Positions 36,618 through 46,546 of a stretch of DNA of 64,000 nt are shown piece after piece. Each line of letters starts with the position of its first letter. Position 1 is the stretch's first letter. This DNA comes from an uncultured virus (IMG/VR IMGVR_UViG_3300037961_002446) (lineage: Duplodnaviria > Heunggongvirae > Uroviricota > Caudoviricetes): positions 1-64,000 of IMG/VR virus record IMGVR_UViG_3300037961_002446; one strand, written 5' to 3'. The notes under the pieces are model-generated. The model ran no database searches. It was not told where the DNA came from and was given only the letters and a program-made list of their open reading frames with translations. Made by a program: the position numbers and the translations under genes.

Positions 36618-38270
36618 ATGATAATTAGTAAAATGGAAGATGGAAAAACAATTTACAAAGCATGGAGAGAAAACGGAGAGAGGAGATTTGAGCAAGTCAA
36701 ATTCAGACCGTATTTCTTTGTTGAGCAGACTGAAACCGAGAAGCCTCAATACAGACCTAGTAAATATATTACTAGAGAGTTTGAGTATCTTCATGGTGAT
36801 TGGGTTAATATTGACGGCACACCACTAAAGAAAGTGTTTGTAGATAACTCCTACGATATTAGAAAGGCTAAAGATAAGTTTTCTAAAACATATGAGGCTG
36901 ATGTGCCTTATCACTTTAGATACTGTGTAGATGAACTACATGATATGCCTGAATATGATATGCGTAAGTGGTATTGGGATATGGAATGGCAACAAGGCGG
37001 AGAACATGATGGTAAGATTACTACTATTGTAGCGTATGATAATTATGATAAGCAGTATCATCATTGGGTTTGGTTTCCTAATAAATACAAACATGAAATT
37101 GACAAGACAAAACCAAAATATGTTTTTGGTTCTGAAAAAGAAATGATTGCACATTTCATGACAACTATGGTTGTAAAAGACCCTGATATGTTGATTGCTT
37201 GGTTTGGTAATTTTGCTGATGTTCCTAAACTTCTTGAAAGAGCGTGTGCAGTAGGACTTAATCCATTGATTATGTCGCCTATTGGTTCTATCAAAGGTAT
37301 TAGAAAAACTAAGAATGAAGGGTTCAAGTTTCTTTACTATGATAATGGGTTTTCACCAATTGAACAACCTATTGGAGGAAGAATTACTTTGAATCTTGAT
37401 ATGGCGTTTGAGCGTCAATGGAATGATTCACAAAGAGGAACGCTACCTTCGCTATCTTTGGATTATGTATCGGAAGAAGTATTGGGTAAGAACAAATTAG
37501 TATCTGAAAAGTTTCCTGACCCTAACGAGTTTTATCGTAGAGCGTGGCTAGAAGATACAGAAACTTATCTTGAATATGCTTTGTTAGATGTAGAACTAAT
37601 GGTAGAAATTGATGAATCAAACTATTGTAGTGAGGCTATTCTAGCACTTCAAAGGCTACTAAAAGCACCATTTGATGCTTGCTTTTTTGCTTCCCACATG
37701 GGTAGTATTTACTTCATGAGAAATGCTTGGTGGAAAGCACCAACAGGAAACAAGAAAGAAAAGAAACAAGCGTATCAAGGGGCTATGATATATGACCCAC
37801 TTAGCGAAGGAACAAACGGATTACATCTTAATGTAGCCGCTTTTGATTTCGCAGGTCTATATCCTAGTATGATGATTGCTAGAAATATTAGTTGGGAAAC
37901 TATTTCTGATGAGCCTACGGAGTTTGGTGTTAATATTCTAACTCCTAGAGATTTCAGCGAACCTGTAGGTGAGGATATGATTTACTTCAAAACAGACAAG
38001 TTGGGACTATTGCCTAGAGCAGTATTAGAACTTAAAGAACTAAGAAATGAATACAAAGCCAAAATGAAAGAGGCTAGAGGAAAACCAAACGGTGAGTATA
38101 TGAAATGGTATAATAATCAAATGGCAGTTAAGAGGCTATCTGCATCTTTCTACGGCATCATTGGATTTACAGGGTTTAGTTGGGCTAATCCAAAACTAGC
38201 CGCTAGTATTACTGCTAGTGCTAGAGAAGCAATTAGATTAGCCGCATTTAAAGCGAAGGAGATGGAATAA
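36618..38270 (+). CDS. polB: Family B DNA polymerase, N-terminal part (3'-5' exonuclease plus motifs A and B)
   Basis: WDME (ExoI), NFAD (ExoII), YALLD (ExoIII), FDFAGLYPS (A), K...ASFYG (B); ends before motif C. Confidence 0.93.
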   Translation: MIISKMEDGKTIYKAWRENGERRFEQVKFRPYFFVEQTETEKPQYRPSKYITREFEYLHGDWVNIDGTPLKKVFVDNSYDIRKAKDKFSKTYEADVPYHFRYCVDELHDMPEYDMRKWYWDMEWQQGGEHDGKITTIVAYDNYDKQYHHWVWFPNKYKHEIDKTKPKYVFGSEKEMIAHFMTTMVVKDPDMLIAWFGNFADVPKLLERACAVGLNPLIMSPIGSIKGIRKTKNEGFKFLYYDNGFSPIEQPIGGRITLNLDMAFERQWNDSQRGTLPSLSLDYVSEEVLGKNKLVSEKFPDPNEFYRRAWLEDTETYLEYALLDVELMVEIDESNYCSEAILALQRLLKAPFDACFFASHMGSIYFMRNAWWKAPTGNKKEKKQAYQGAMIYDPLSEGTNGLHLNVAAFDFAGLYPSMMIARNISWETISDEPTEFGVNILTPRDFSEPVGEDMIYFKTDKLGLLPRAVLELKELRNEYKAKMKEARGKPNGEYMKWYNNQMAVKRLSASFYGIIGFTGFSWANPKLAASITASAREAIRLAAFKAKEME

Positions 38271-38858
38271 ATGGGGTGTGTTTATTTTGTTAAACATAAG
38301 GGATTAGACCCTATTAAAATAGGAATGTCTACCTACAACAATCCTTTTCATAGGGTAGTAGATATGGAAGTTGCTAGTCCTTTTGGCATAGAATTATTAG
38401 GGTTTATTAAAACTGACAATCCCCTAAAATTAGAAAAAAAATATCATTCTAAATTTAGTTCTTCATGTATCAAAGGTGAATGGTTTTCTATACCAATAGA
38501 ACAAGTATATTCTATACTAGAATACCATAATGGTAAAAATGTAATGTCACAAATTGCTGCTTTAATTGAAGAACTAGAAATTTCTCCTAGAGAAGCACTT
38601 GAATTAATTGCGAAACAAAGAAAAGGTTTTCATGTTGATGTTGATGTTCACAATGCTTTTAGGAACATTTATTCTGATTTAGTAAAAACTACTAATTCAA
38701 GGTGGGTTTCCAAAAAAGAACTAATAGACCAATATTGTAAAAAGGTTAGGCGAAGTAAGGCGCAAGCATACAGACATTTTAAAAAAATAGAAAATACTTT
38801 TTTAACTCATAGTAAAAACAGAAAAACACTTATCAAAGCAAAGGAGATGAAAATATGA
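38271..38858 (+). CDS. T5orf172/MUG113 (GIY-YIG-like) nuclease domain fused to a winged helix
   Basis: GCVYFV...IKIG.S...R...LE...H..F......GEWF; inserted between the polB halves. Confidence 0.8.
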   Translation: MGCVYFVKHKGLDPIKIGMSTYNNPFHRVVDMEVASPFGIELLGFIKTDNPLKLEKKYHSKFSSSCIKGEWFSIPIEQVYSILEYHNGKNVMSQIAALIEELEISPREALELIAKQRKGFHVDVDVHNAFRNIYSDLVKTTNSRWVSKKELIDQYCKKVRRSKAQAYRHFKKIENTFLTHSKNRKTLIKAKEMKI

Positions 38859-39399
38859 AGTGCTTAAATTGTGGTCATGGAGAAATGACTTTAAAATTCT
38901 ACCAACCCCGTAAAACGGGATATACACATCAAAAGGAGAAAGCAGTTTTTCTTTGTCCTGTATGTGGTCATAAGGAGTTGTTTGGATTATGAGAACTAAA
39001 ATAGTAACAGTAAAGGTATCATATGATACCGAAGAAACATGGGATATAACATTACAAGAAGTAAAAGAGATATTTCAGATGATGAATAATCTAAAGCGTA
39101 ATGCTATTATCTTAGACATTGAACAAGGTGTAAATCATGATGATGGACAAAACGAATGAATTACTTGAGGAGTTGTTGAATATGATAGCAAAATCAAATA
39201 GAATACTAATGATGGTTAATATTGTAAATATAGTGACCATAATAACAATAGTGACGGTGGTAGTATGATATGTGCTATGGAAGGTTGTAATTGTAATGCA
39301 GTTAAAACACCTTTGTTTGAGAAATACTATTGTTTTGATTGCCGTTATACTTTTGAATTAATAATGGACGATATGAGAAATATGGAGTTGAGCGAATGA
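38855..39399 (+). CDS. Four tiny coupled ORFs between the polB halves (Zn ribbon 38855-38992; 38989-39159; TM peptide 39137-39268; Cys-rich 39265-39399)
   Basis: Manual translation; overlapping start/stop codons. Confidence 0.55.
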
Positions 39400-40310
39400 A
39401 AGTAGTTTACGGACATACAGATTCAATCTATGTGCAAATAGATTCAGTAGAGAAGGCTCAAGAGGCTATCAAAGAGATAGAAGCAAGCGTTAGAGAACAC
39501 TTCCCTAATGTTCTAGGACTCAATGAACACCCTGTAGTATTGGAGTTTGAGAAGTATTACAATGCTCTAGGAGTCGGGACAGTAAAGAACCGAAACGCAG
39601 GTATGATTACTTGGGAAGATGGTAATTGGCTTGATGAACCTAAGTTCACAATGACAGGATTCATAGCAAAAAGAGTATCAGAAACAAAGATGGCCAAAGA
39701 AGTTCAAACAAAAACGCTTCAAATGTGGGCTAATCAACAACCGATGGAGAAAATAAACGCCTATTTGCATAGGACTTATGTTAGTGTCTTGAATGGAAAC
39801 TACGATTTCACGAAGTTAATCAAGAGAACACGCCTAAAAGAGGCTCGTTTCTCGGTTAAATGTCCTGATTGCGGTAGAAAATATGCCTTAAAAGACCTTC
39901 TAAATGTTAGAGTATGCGGTCAAAACGAAGGAAAAAATGGAATTCATAAGTGTGGTGAGAGAGTTTCTGTCTTTACTACTCTTGAAGATAAGAAGCCAAC
40001 CATAGGTTCAGGAGTTGCAGGGGTTATCAACGCATGGCAAAATACAGATATTGAGTTTGATGATAGTTATTTGTTCTTGAAGGTAAAGAATTCAGGTATG
40101 ACTTATGTTAATCCCTTGACTAAGGAAAAGAAACCTGCTGAATTTATCTCAGGAAGAGTCTTTGCTGATTTCAAAGATTACACTCCTGATTGGGAACACT
40201 ATGCTCAACAAGTCGTAGATAAAGCAAAGCCTGTGTATGAGGCTATGGGTTGGGATTTATCATCTATTAGAACAGGAAGAATACAGAAGAGTTTGGAGGA
40301 ATGGTTTTGA
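39396..40310 (+). CDS. polB: Family B DNA polymerase, C-terminal part (motif C, thumb)
   Basis: Starts MKVVYGHTDSIYV; LEFEK, KNRNAG; Cys4 insertion CPDC...C...C. Confidence 0.92.
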   Translation: MKVVYGHTDSIYVQIDSVEKAQEAIKEIEASVREHFPNVLGLNEHPVVLEFEKYYNALGVGTVKNRNAGMITWEDGNWLDEPKFTMTGFIAKRVSETKMAKEVQTKTLQMWANQQPMEKINAYLHRTYVSVLNGNYDFTKLIKRTRLKEARFSVKCPDCGRKYALKDLLNVRVCGQNEGKNGIHKCGERVSVFTTLEDKKPTIGSGVAGVINAWQNTDIEFDDSYLFLKVKNSGMTYVNPLTKEKKPAEFISGRVFADFKDYTPDWEHYAQQVVDKAKPVYEAMGWDLSSIRTGRIQKSLEEWF

Positions 40311-40553
40311 CATTAGAAGAAATAAGAGCAAAATGGCATCAAGAATATCTTGATGGTAATAATGATGGATATACATTTGAAGAGTTTTTGTTGTTTTGGC
40401 TTGACCTTTTAGATTACGAATGCAAAGCACAAGCAAACAAAGAAAAATACGAAAATTGGGTTTTGGCAGGTGGCGAAAGACATAGAAGGCTCAATAGAAA
40501 CGGTAAACTAGTCAAGAGAACAAAGAAAGAAAATGACAAATTAAGAAGAAAAT

Positions 40554-41474
40554 ATGGAGGAATTTAATATGAATACAGATGAAAAATACAAAGCAAGAAT
40601 TGACTCAATGAAGGAGTTTACATACGATTGGTTGCCTGAAAATTATGATGACCCATCAAAACCTATCTTGAAGATTACTAAATCTTCTCTAGGTTCATAC
40701 GATTGGTGTCCTAAGAAATACGATTTCAGTTATATCCAACGACTGCCTCAAGACCAAACAGAAGCCATGCGAAAGGGAACTGTTCTACACAATCATAGAG
40801 AAAATTTCTTCAATGATTTTGACTTGAAGAAAGCAGAATCTATGAACAGTAGTGAAGTCTTAGAATACTGCACTAGTCTAATGCCTGTTGATGAATACTA
40901 TGATGAATCATTGACTATGGCGGCATTTGAAGCACAACGGTATCTTGAAGCAAGAGCCGAAGATAAGGTAGAGGAATTCTTACCTATTGTAAACGAAGGA
41001 AAGTTTGATGCAGAAATTACTATTCCTGCTGACTTCTCTAAGAAATATCCTCTTAGTAGAGATTATGTGATTCATATTCAAGGAATCATTGATAGAATCT
41101 TTATTGAGAATAACAAACTAATTCCATTTGAGTTTAAGACAGGACAATGGAAAGACTACAAGACTTCCTCAATGAGAAAAGAAATGGCTTTCTATCAACT
41201 ACTTATTGAGAATGCTCCTGATGAAGTTCTTGAAAACTGTGGGCTGAATAGAGATATGACTGTTTCACATTGGGGTTGGTATTATCCTGTTTCTAACTAT
41301 GTCTTTGTTGAGAAAGCCAAGACTCGTTCTATGACTTCTGTTAAGGATAGTATTGCTAAACTTATTCTTGCTTATGAGAATAAGGAATTCCCTACTAAAT
41401 TCTTTTACAAGACCTGTTCTCATTGTAGTTATTTTGGTCTTTGTGATGCGGCAAATATGGAAACATGGGTGTGA
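40554..41474 (+). CDS. Cas4/RecB-like PD-(D/E)XK exonuclease
   Basis: S.SS...Y.WCP, GT..H, GIIDR, EFKTG, C-terminal CSHCSYFGLC. Confidence 0.85.
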   Translation: MEEFNMNTDEKYKARIDSMKEFTYDWLPENYDDPSKPILKITKSSLGSYDWCPKKYDFSYIQRLPQDQTEAMRKGTVLHNHRENFFNDFDLKKAESMNSSEVLEYCTSLMPVDEYYDESLTMAAFEAQRYLEARAEDKVEEFLPIVNEGKFDAEITIPADFSKKYPLSRDYVIHIQGIIDRIFIENNKLIPFEFKTGQWKDYKTSSMRKEMAFYQLLIENAPDEVLENCGLNRDMTVSHWGWYYPVSNYVFVEKAKTRSMTSVKDSIAKLILAYENKEFPTKFFYKTCSHCSYFGLCDAANMETWV

Positions 41475-41853
41475 TATTATGAAGAGAGTAAAATGTAAAA
41501 CCCCATTAAGATGTAATCCTCAATTTGAAGGTAAATATCATTGTAAGACTTGTGCAAGGGAGGAATTAGAATGAAAGAATTAATCAAGAAAAAGGTATTA
41601 GATAGGAATTGGAGTTTTAATGAAATATCAAATCTTAAGATAACAATAGATAGTTTGTCAAAAGAGATATATTCTGAAATGACTCTTCAAGAAAGATTTG
41701 ATTCCTTAAGAGAAATAAGAATTAACGAGCATTTTGTAGGTCATACATTTGAAGACTGTATTAGAGAAGCAGTTCAAATAACTCTACAAGGTGAAATAGC
41801 AGGGATAATTAAAGAGATGCTAAATACGGCAACAGTGAATTTTGGTGGTAATA

Positions 41854-42885
41854 ATGAAATATCCGAGAGAAGTATGGGCGGGAAGTCAAATAAAAAACGC
41901 TCCACAGATGGCAAGAAAAATAGTTCTGACGAGGAATGAATATGCTAAGTTTGTTCATGCTCAGAATAATAAAACGAATGTCTATACTACAGTCTATGAC
42001 TTTAGGGAGTTTAGTGAAAAAGCAAAAGTAGATTCTTCCGTTATACGGGATAGAATATTCTTAGACTTTGATGCTCATGAAGATAATTTAGAAATGGCTT
42101 GGAGGGATTTGAAAGTGGTAATGGAATTAGTCCATAAAAGAGATTATGAACATACTTTCTTTTTTTCAGGTAGAGGATTTCATTTATTTTTATTCGGTGA
42201 AGAAACTCAAGATATGAGAAACATTCAGACTCTATTCAAAGAGATAAAAGATTATTTGATTTCTAAGGTCGGTAAAGATAATTCTCTTGATGATAGAGTT
42301 GGCCAACATACAAGATTAAGAAGAGTTCCTAATACTGTTAATATGGCTTCTTCTGATGAAGACGGAAATCCTTATTTTTGCATACCGTTGGTTAAAGAAG
42401 ACTTAAGCAACAACCTTACGGATATACTAACATTAGCGAAACGACAACGAATGATACCGTTCAAGAAGTGCGGAAATACGAAGGTAATTTTTCCAAAAGC
42501 ACCCCCTATTGAGGCCATGAAAGGCGAGGTTTCTGTGCCTTCTAGTGTTGGTAAGTTGCCTATGCTTCCATGTCTGTATAATGCGGTCATGGTTGAGAAT
42601 CCTTCGCATATTGCGAGAGCATACCTAGTATCTTGGTATCGGGATTTGATTTCAGGCTATCAGGATTTGGAAACTCTTGATGATAAGGAAAAGACTCTAA
42701 ACCTTGTAGTTGAGGAGTTGGAGAGAGTATTCGCTGAATCGGATTCTGTATGGCTAGATTGGGACAAACACACTACAAAGAAACACGCCAAGTTTACAGT
42801 CTTCAATAATTACAATGCTCCCCATTGTGATAAACTAATTAGCGAAGGATTCTGTGTCGGTAAATGTTGGAGGTTTCCTGAATGA
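41854..42885 (+). CDS. Archaeo-eukaryotic primase (PriS catalytic domain with PriL-like C-terminus)
   Basis: FLDFD, FSGRGFH, RLRRVPNT; C-terminal LPC...H..R...C.......C.GKC. Confidence 0.88.
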   Translation: MKYPREVWAGSQIKNAPQMARKIVLTRNEYAKFVHAQNNKTNVYTTVYDFREFSEKAKVDSSVIRDRIFLDFDAHEDNLEMAWRDLKVVMELVHKRDYEHTFFFSGRGFHLFLFGEETQDMRNIQTLFKEIKDYLISKVGKDNSLDDRVGQHTRLRRVPNTVNMASSDEDGNPYFCIPLVKEDLSNNLTDILTLAKRQRMIPFKKCGNTKVIFPKAPPIEAMKGEVSVPSSVGKLPMLPCLYNAVMVENPSHIARAYLVSWYRDLISGYQDLETLDDKEKTLNLVVEELERVFAESDSVWLDWDKHTTKKHAKFTVFNNYNAPHCDKLISEGFCVGKCWRFPE

Positions 42886-43220
42886 GAAAGAAAGTAAATT
42901 TCCAACGACTGAGAAAAATAACTGTAAATAAGTTAAATTCTCTAGTAAAAAATGAAGTTTGGCTATCTGATTTGGTTGAAGAGATTGCTACCGAATATTC
43001 CTCTTCAGAAGTGTATAATTTAATAGCAATCGCTCACAGAAAAATAAAACAATCTGATACTATGGTTTGTAATATAGCCATAAACAATGGTTGGCGTAAA
43101 AAACGATGTGTTAGGCGATTAAGGCATTATGACTGTATTGTTGATGGCAAACCATTAACGCAAAAATTATCTGCGATTAAATTGTTTAAACTAAAGGAGG
43201 GAAATAATGTTAATAGTTGA
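42882..43220 (+). CDS. Basic hypothetical protein
   Basis: 112 aa coupled ORF. Confidence 0.55.
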   Translation: MRKKVNFQRLRKITVNKLNSLVKNEVWLSDLVEEIATEYSSSEVYNLIAIAHRKIKQSDTMVCNIAINNGWRKKRCVRRLRHYDCIVDGKPLTQKLSAIKLFKLKEGNNVNS

Positions 43221-43896
43221 TTCAAGAGAAAACTCCCGCCTATCTAAGTTGGTTATGCAAAAAGCAAAAGCCCTTAGAATACCATGTGAGAAAAAATGGA
43301 TTGAGATAGGCGACTATGTTTATGATGATGTTTGCTTTGAAGCAAAGTCCACTACTGATTTTTTGGGTTCAGTAATGACAAAGAGATTGTGGACTCAATT
43401 AGATAACATGGATAGACATTATCAAACCAACATTGTAATTATTTATGGTGAAATGGAAGAAGCCATACATAATGTAATTTCAAATTCTCCTAGTAAAATG
43501 CCAATAGGAACTAGAACTATTATGCTAAATAATAAGTTTCTTGGAGCAATAGGGAGAATAGTATTAGATACAGACATAAAGCCCTTTTGGGTTCAAACAG
43601 AAGAAGAAGCAGCATTAATTATAACAGCAGTAAGTAAGATGAAACCGATAACAAGAGATACCATAGCACCACAAGTATTCAAAAGATTAACAACAGATGA
43701 TTTAAGATTAGATTTACTAAGCAGTATTAAAGGCGTATCAATTAAAAAAGCAAAAGAACTAATAAAACAATTCGGCTCTATTATGGAAATAGGTGAATGT
43801 TCAGAATATGAATTACAAGCCATTGAGGGAATAGGAGAAACCTTAGCCAAAAGAATAATCTCCACATTAAACTCGGAAGAGAAGGTGAAAATATGA
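43207..43896 (+). CDS. ERCC4/XPF-family nuclease with HhH motifs
   Basis: IVDSRE, GDY, EAKS..DF..S....RL..Q; IKGVS and IEGIG HhH motifs. Confidence 0.9.
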   Translation: MLIVDSRENSRLSKLVMQKAKALRIPCEKKWIEIGDYVYDDVCFEAKSTTDFLGSVMTKRLWTQLDNMDRHYQTNIVIIYGEMEEAIHNVISNSPSKMPIGTRTIMLNNKFLGAIGRIVLDTDIKPFWVQTEEEAALIITAVSKMKPITRDTIAPQVFKRLTTDDLRLDLLSSIKGVSIKKAKELIKQFGSIMEIGECSEYELQAIEGIGETLAKRIISTLNSEEKVKI

Positions 43897-45350
43897 ATAA
43901 GGAAGAAGAAGAATATTTGGAAACACTTGAAACTAACGCAGGTGTTTTCAAGGAGGCATTACCGAAAGTCGTTAGAGATTTTCAAAAGTCGGCAGTTGAA
44001 GTATCACACTACAATGACATACCCGCAGGAATTAGTTTCTTTACAATTCTAGGACAGATTGTAAAAGATTTCATTGTGATTCCAAATGGTAGAAATCATG
44101 AAGATACTAGAGTTCATTTCTGTTGGGTTCAAACAAGCGGAACGGGTAAATCAACACTATGGAATTTTGTTGGCCCTGTTGCTAATAGAACCTTTGAGAA
44201 GATTAACGCATTAAATCAACACCCTGCTTTTATGAACAAAGATGGAGTTCCTATGGCTAGGACTTTCAATACATTTGGAGTAACTGATTATACTGATTCA
44301 GTTCTAATTGGTAGATACGACAAAGATGAAGATGAAGATGGAGATGTTTGTTGGGAAAGAAAACCCGGCCTTTTGGAAGGTAGCGGATTAGCCCATTGGG
44401 ACGAATTTGAATATTCAGGTATTTTCAAGCAATCTCAACACAAAGAGAATTCAATTGTATATCTGAATACTTTGATGAACAGTCTATCAGGAGAGTCTTG
44501 GATTATTTCTAAAGCACTTACCTCTTATGATAATCAAGTTATGGAATGTTTTTGTGAGCGTTCAGTATTGGCTATGACTTATCCCCCAAACAATCTTAAT
44601 TCTGTTATGGCAGAAAAAGGCGTTCTACAAAGAATGCTTCTGTTTGTTTGGGAAGTTCCTGAGTTCTTACAACATAAGATGAGAACAGAACAGAATCAAA
44701 AAGCGGGAACAATTGAAGAAGTAAATCAGCCTATTGAGAAGTATGTCAAAGCATTTATGGAATTGTATAAAGTGACAAAGGAAAGATTTGATGAGGTTGG
44801 TGGCGACCCTATCAAGACAATGGTTTTCACAAGAGATTTCAATGATGTTCTCCAATTAGAATATGAGAACATGAGAGCATATCTACAGAATACAAGGCCT
44901 GATGTAGCGGCTATTGCTTCTAACTTTACAACTCGTTTGATGAAGATTCTGATTAAAATGTCCGTTCTTTGTAGCGTGGCTTCCGCCCCGTCTATTACCA
45001 ATAAAGAAGACCGCTTTAGGGTCGGAGGACATAATGTTAGACAGGCGGCTACTATCGTGCGACAATGTTATATGACATTGGTAGATTGGCTAGAACGAAG
45101 CCTAAGAGTGCGTAGGCAAAGCATCACAGAAAATTCTTTGGAAACTGTTTTTACAAATGTATATGATAAAATGGATAAAGACGATGAAGGTTTTGTGAAT
45201 AAGAGTCTTTTCTTGAAGCAAGTCAGAAACAAAGCAAAAAAATCTCAAGCACAAATATACCGACATTATGAGGTTATCAGACATAAATATGATGAAATGA
45301 GAGTCGGAAGAAGTGTGTATGTGAAGTATAATAGGAGTGATGAAGAATGA
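43893..45350 (+). CDS. MCM-like AAA+ ATPase, probable replicative helicase, with C-terminal winged helix
   Basis: SGTGKS, KPGLL, HWDEF, LQR arginine finger, TTRL sensor. Confidence 0.7.
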   Translation: MNKEEEEYLETLETNAGVFKEALPKVVRDFQKSAVEVSHYNDIPAGISFFTILGQIVKDFIVIPNGRNHEDTRVHFCWVQTSGTGKSTLWNFVGPVANRTFEKINALNQHPAFMNKDGVPMARTFNTFGVTDYTDSVLIGRYDKDEDEDGDVCWERKPGLLEGSGLAHWDEFEYSGIFKQSQHKENSIVYLNTLMNSLSGESWIISKALTSYDNQVMECFCERSVLAMTYPPNNLNSVMAEKGVLQRMLLFVWEVPEFLQHKMRTEQNQKAGTIEEVNQPIEKYVKAFMELYKVTKERFDEVGGDPIKTMVFTRDFNDVLQLEYENMRAYLQNTRPDVAAIASNFTTRLMKILIKMSVLCSVASAPSITNKEDRFRVGGHNVRQAATIVRQCYMTLVDWLERSLRVRRQSITENSLETVFTNVYDKMDKDDEGFVNKSLFLKQVRNKAKKSQAQIYRHYEVIRHKYDEMRVGRSVYVKYNRSDEE

Positions 45351-45577
45351 AGTGGGAAAATACATATCTAGTATTTGAAGTAGCAAAAGGGCCGAAAGTA
45401 ATTATTGATACCTTAAACACCTATGGTAATGATGGTTGGGAATGTTGTTCTCAACTAATTGTTGCAGGTTCTCAAATCGTTTGTTTCCTAAAAAGGAGAA
45501 CAGATGTTGAAGAACCAAAGGTGGATAAAGAAGAGGCTAAGGTAGCAAAACTTTGGGCTAGTCCATCTAAGGAATGA
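45347..45577 (+). CDS. DUF4177-like small protein
   Basis: KWE...LNTYGNDGWE...FLKR. Confidence 0.6.
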   Translation: MKWENTYLVFEVAKGPKVIIDTLNTYGNDGWECCSQLIVAGSQIVCFLKRRTDVEEPKVDKEEAKVAKLWASPSKE

Positions 45578-45583
45578 TGCTAA

Positions 45584-46177
45584 ATGTCAATTTTAGCAAT
45601 TGACTTAGAAACCAAAAATATGTCTTATGACATAGGCGGTTTCAGTAATACGCATATGTTTCAAGTATCTACTGTTGCTACTTGGGACGGTAATACGGGA
45701 ACTGTCTATGTTGATGAGCCTGTAGATGGTTTTGCTAAATCAGGCCATGTCATTAAATCTCTTAGCGATTTAAAGTATGATTTAGACGAGCATTTTGAAA
45801 AAGGCGGATTGCTTTTAGGACATAATATAGCGGCTTTTGATTTACCTATTCTTAGGGACTCTATGGATATTTATTGCATTAATAAATATGTTAATGAGAA
45901 ACAATACATAGACACATCTAAGATTCTATTGAAGGAACATAAAGAGCGATTTCAACTAAAGAACCTAGTTAAATGCACTATGGACGACTTCAAACTAATG
46001 GATAGTGCTGATGCTCCTAAGTTATGGAAAATGGGTCAATATGATGAAGTTGTAGAATACTGTATGAAAGACACACAGTTAGTATATGACCTTTGGAAGT
46101 ATGGTCAGGATAATGGTTTTGTAAAGGCCTTTTCAATTGAAGAAGGCGAATTTAAGGAATTGGAGGTGAGTTGGTAA
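45584..46177 (+). CDS. DEDD/RNase H-like 3'-5' exonuclease
   Basis: IDLET, GHNIAAFD, YCMKD. Confidence 0.85.
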   Translation: MSILAIDLETKNMSYDIGGFSNTHMFQVSTVATWDGNTGTVYVDEPVDGFAKSGHVIKSLSDLKYDLDEHFEKGGLLLGHNIAAFDLPILRDSMDIYCINKYVNEKQYIDTSKILLKEHKERFQLKNLVKCTMDDFKLMDSADAPKLWKMGQYDEVVEYCMKDTQLVYDLWKYGQDNGFVKAFSIEEGEFKELEVSW

Positions 46178-46466
46178 TGACAGGTTGGGAATGGTTTGGT
46201 CTATTTGTTTTTGTCGTTATACTGATGCTTCTTTTCTTTGCCGCTTTTGGTGGAACTAATATCACCGATGAAAGCGTTGAAGAATATATGAAGCGTCTTA
46301 TGCGAGATGAAAAAGGCGGAAACTGATGAAATTAAAACAGGTTTGTCCTTATTGTAAGGAACTAACAGTTGCTAAGAGGTTGTTAGGATTTTATGTCGGT
46401 TCTCCCGAACAAGTAAAATTGTGGGAGTGTCGTGCTTGTAAGGGAATATGGTCTGAAAAAACAATT

Positions 46467-46499
46467 TGAGGGGGGCTTCGGCCTCCCTCATTTTTTTTT
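46467..46499. terminator. Hairpin terminator between the convergent arms
   Basis: TGAGGGGGGC-TTCG-GCCTCCCTCA followed by T9. Confidence 0.8.
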
Positions 46500-46546
46500 G
46501 GCTTTTTAACTAGGAGCAATTTTTTGTTTGGCTAAATGAGAGGATT

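Noticed and set aside
38271..39395. Intein or self-splicing intron interrupting polB
   Set aside because: No Cys/Ser start or His-Asn end on either half, and the gap is filled with coupled ORFs rather than an RNA core.
40554..41474. Cas4-like gene as evidence of a CRISPR-Cas system
   Set aside because: Stand-alone nuclease in a replication block, common in archaeal viruses; no cas1/cas2 or array.
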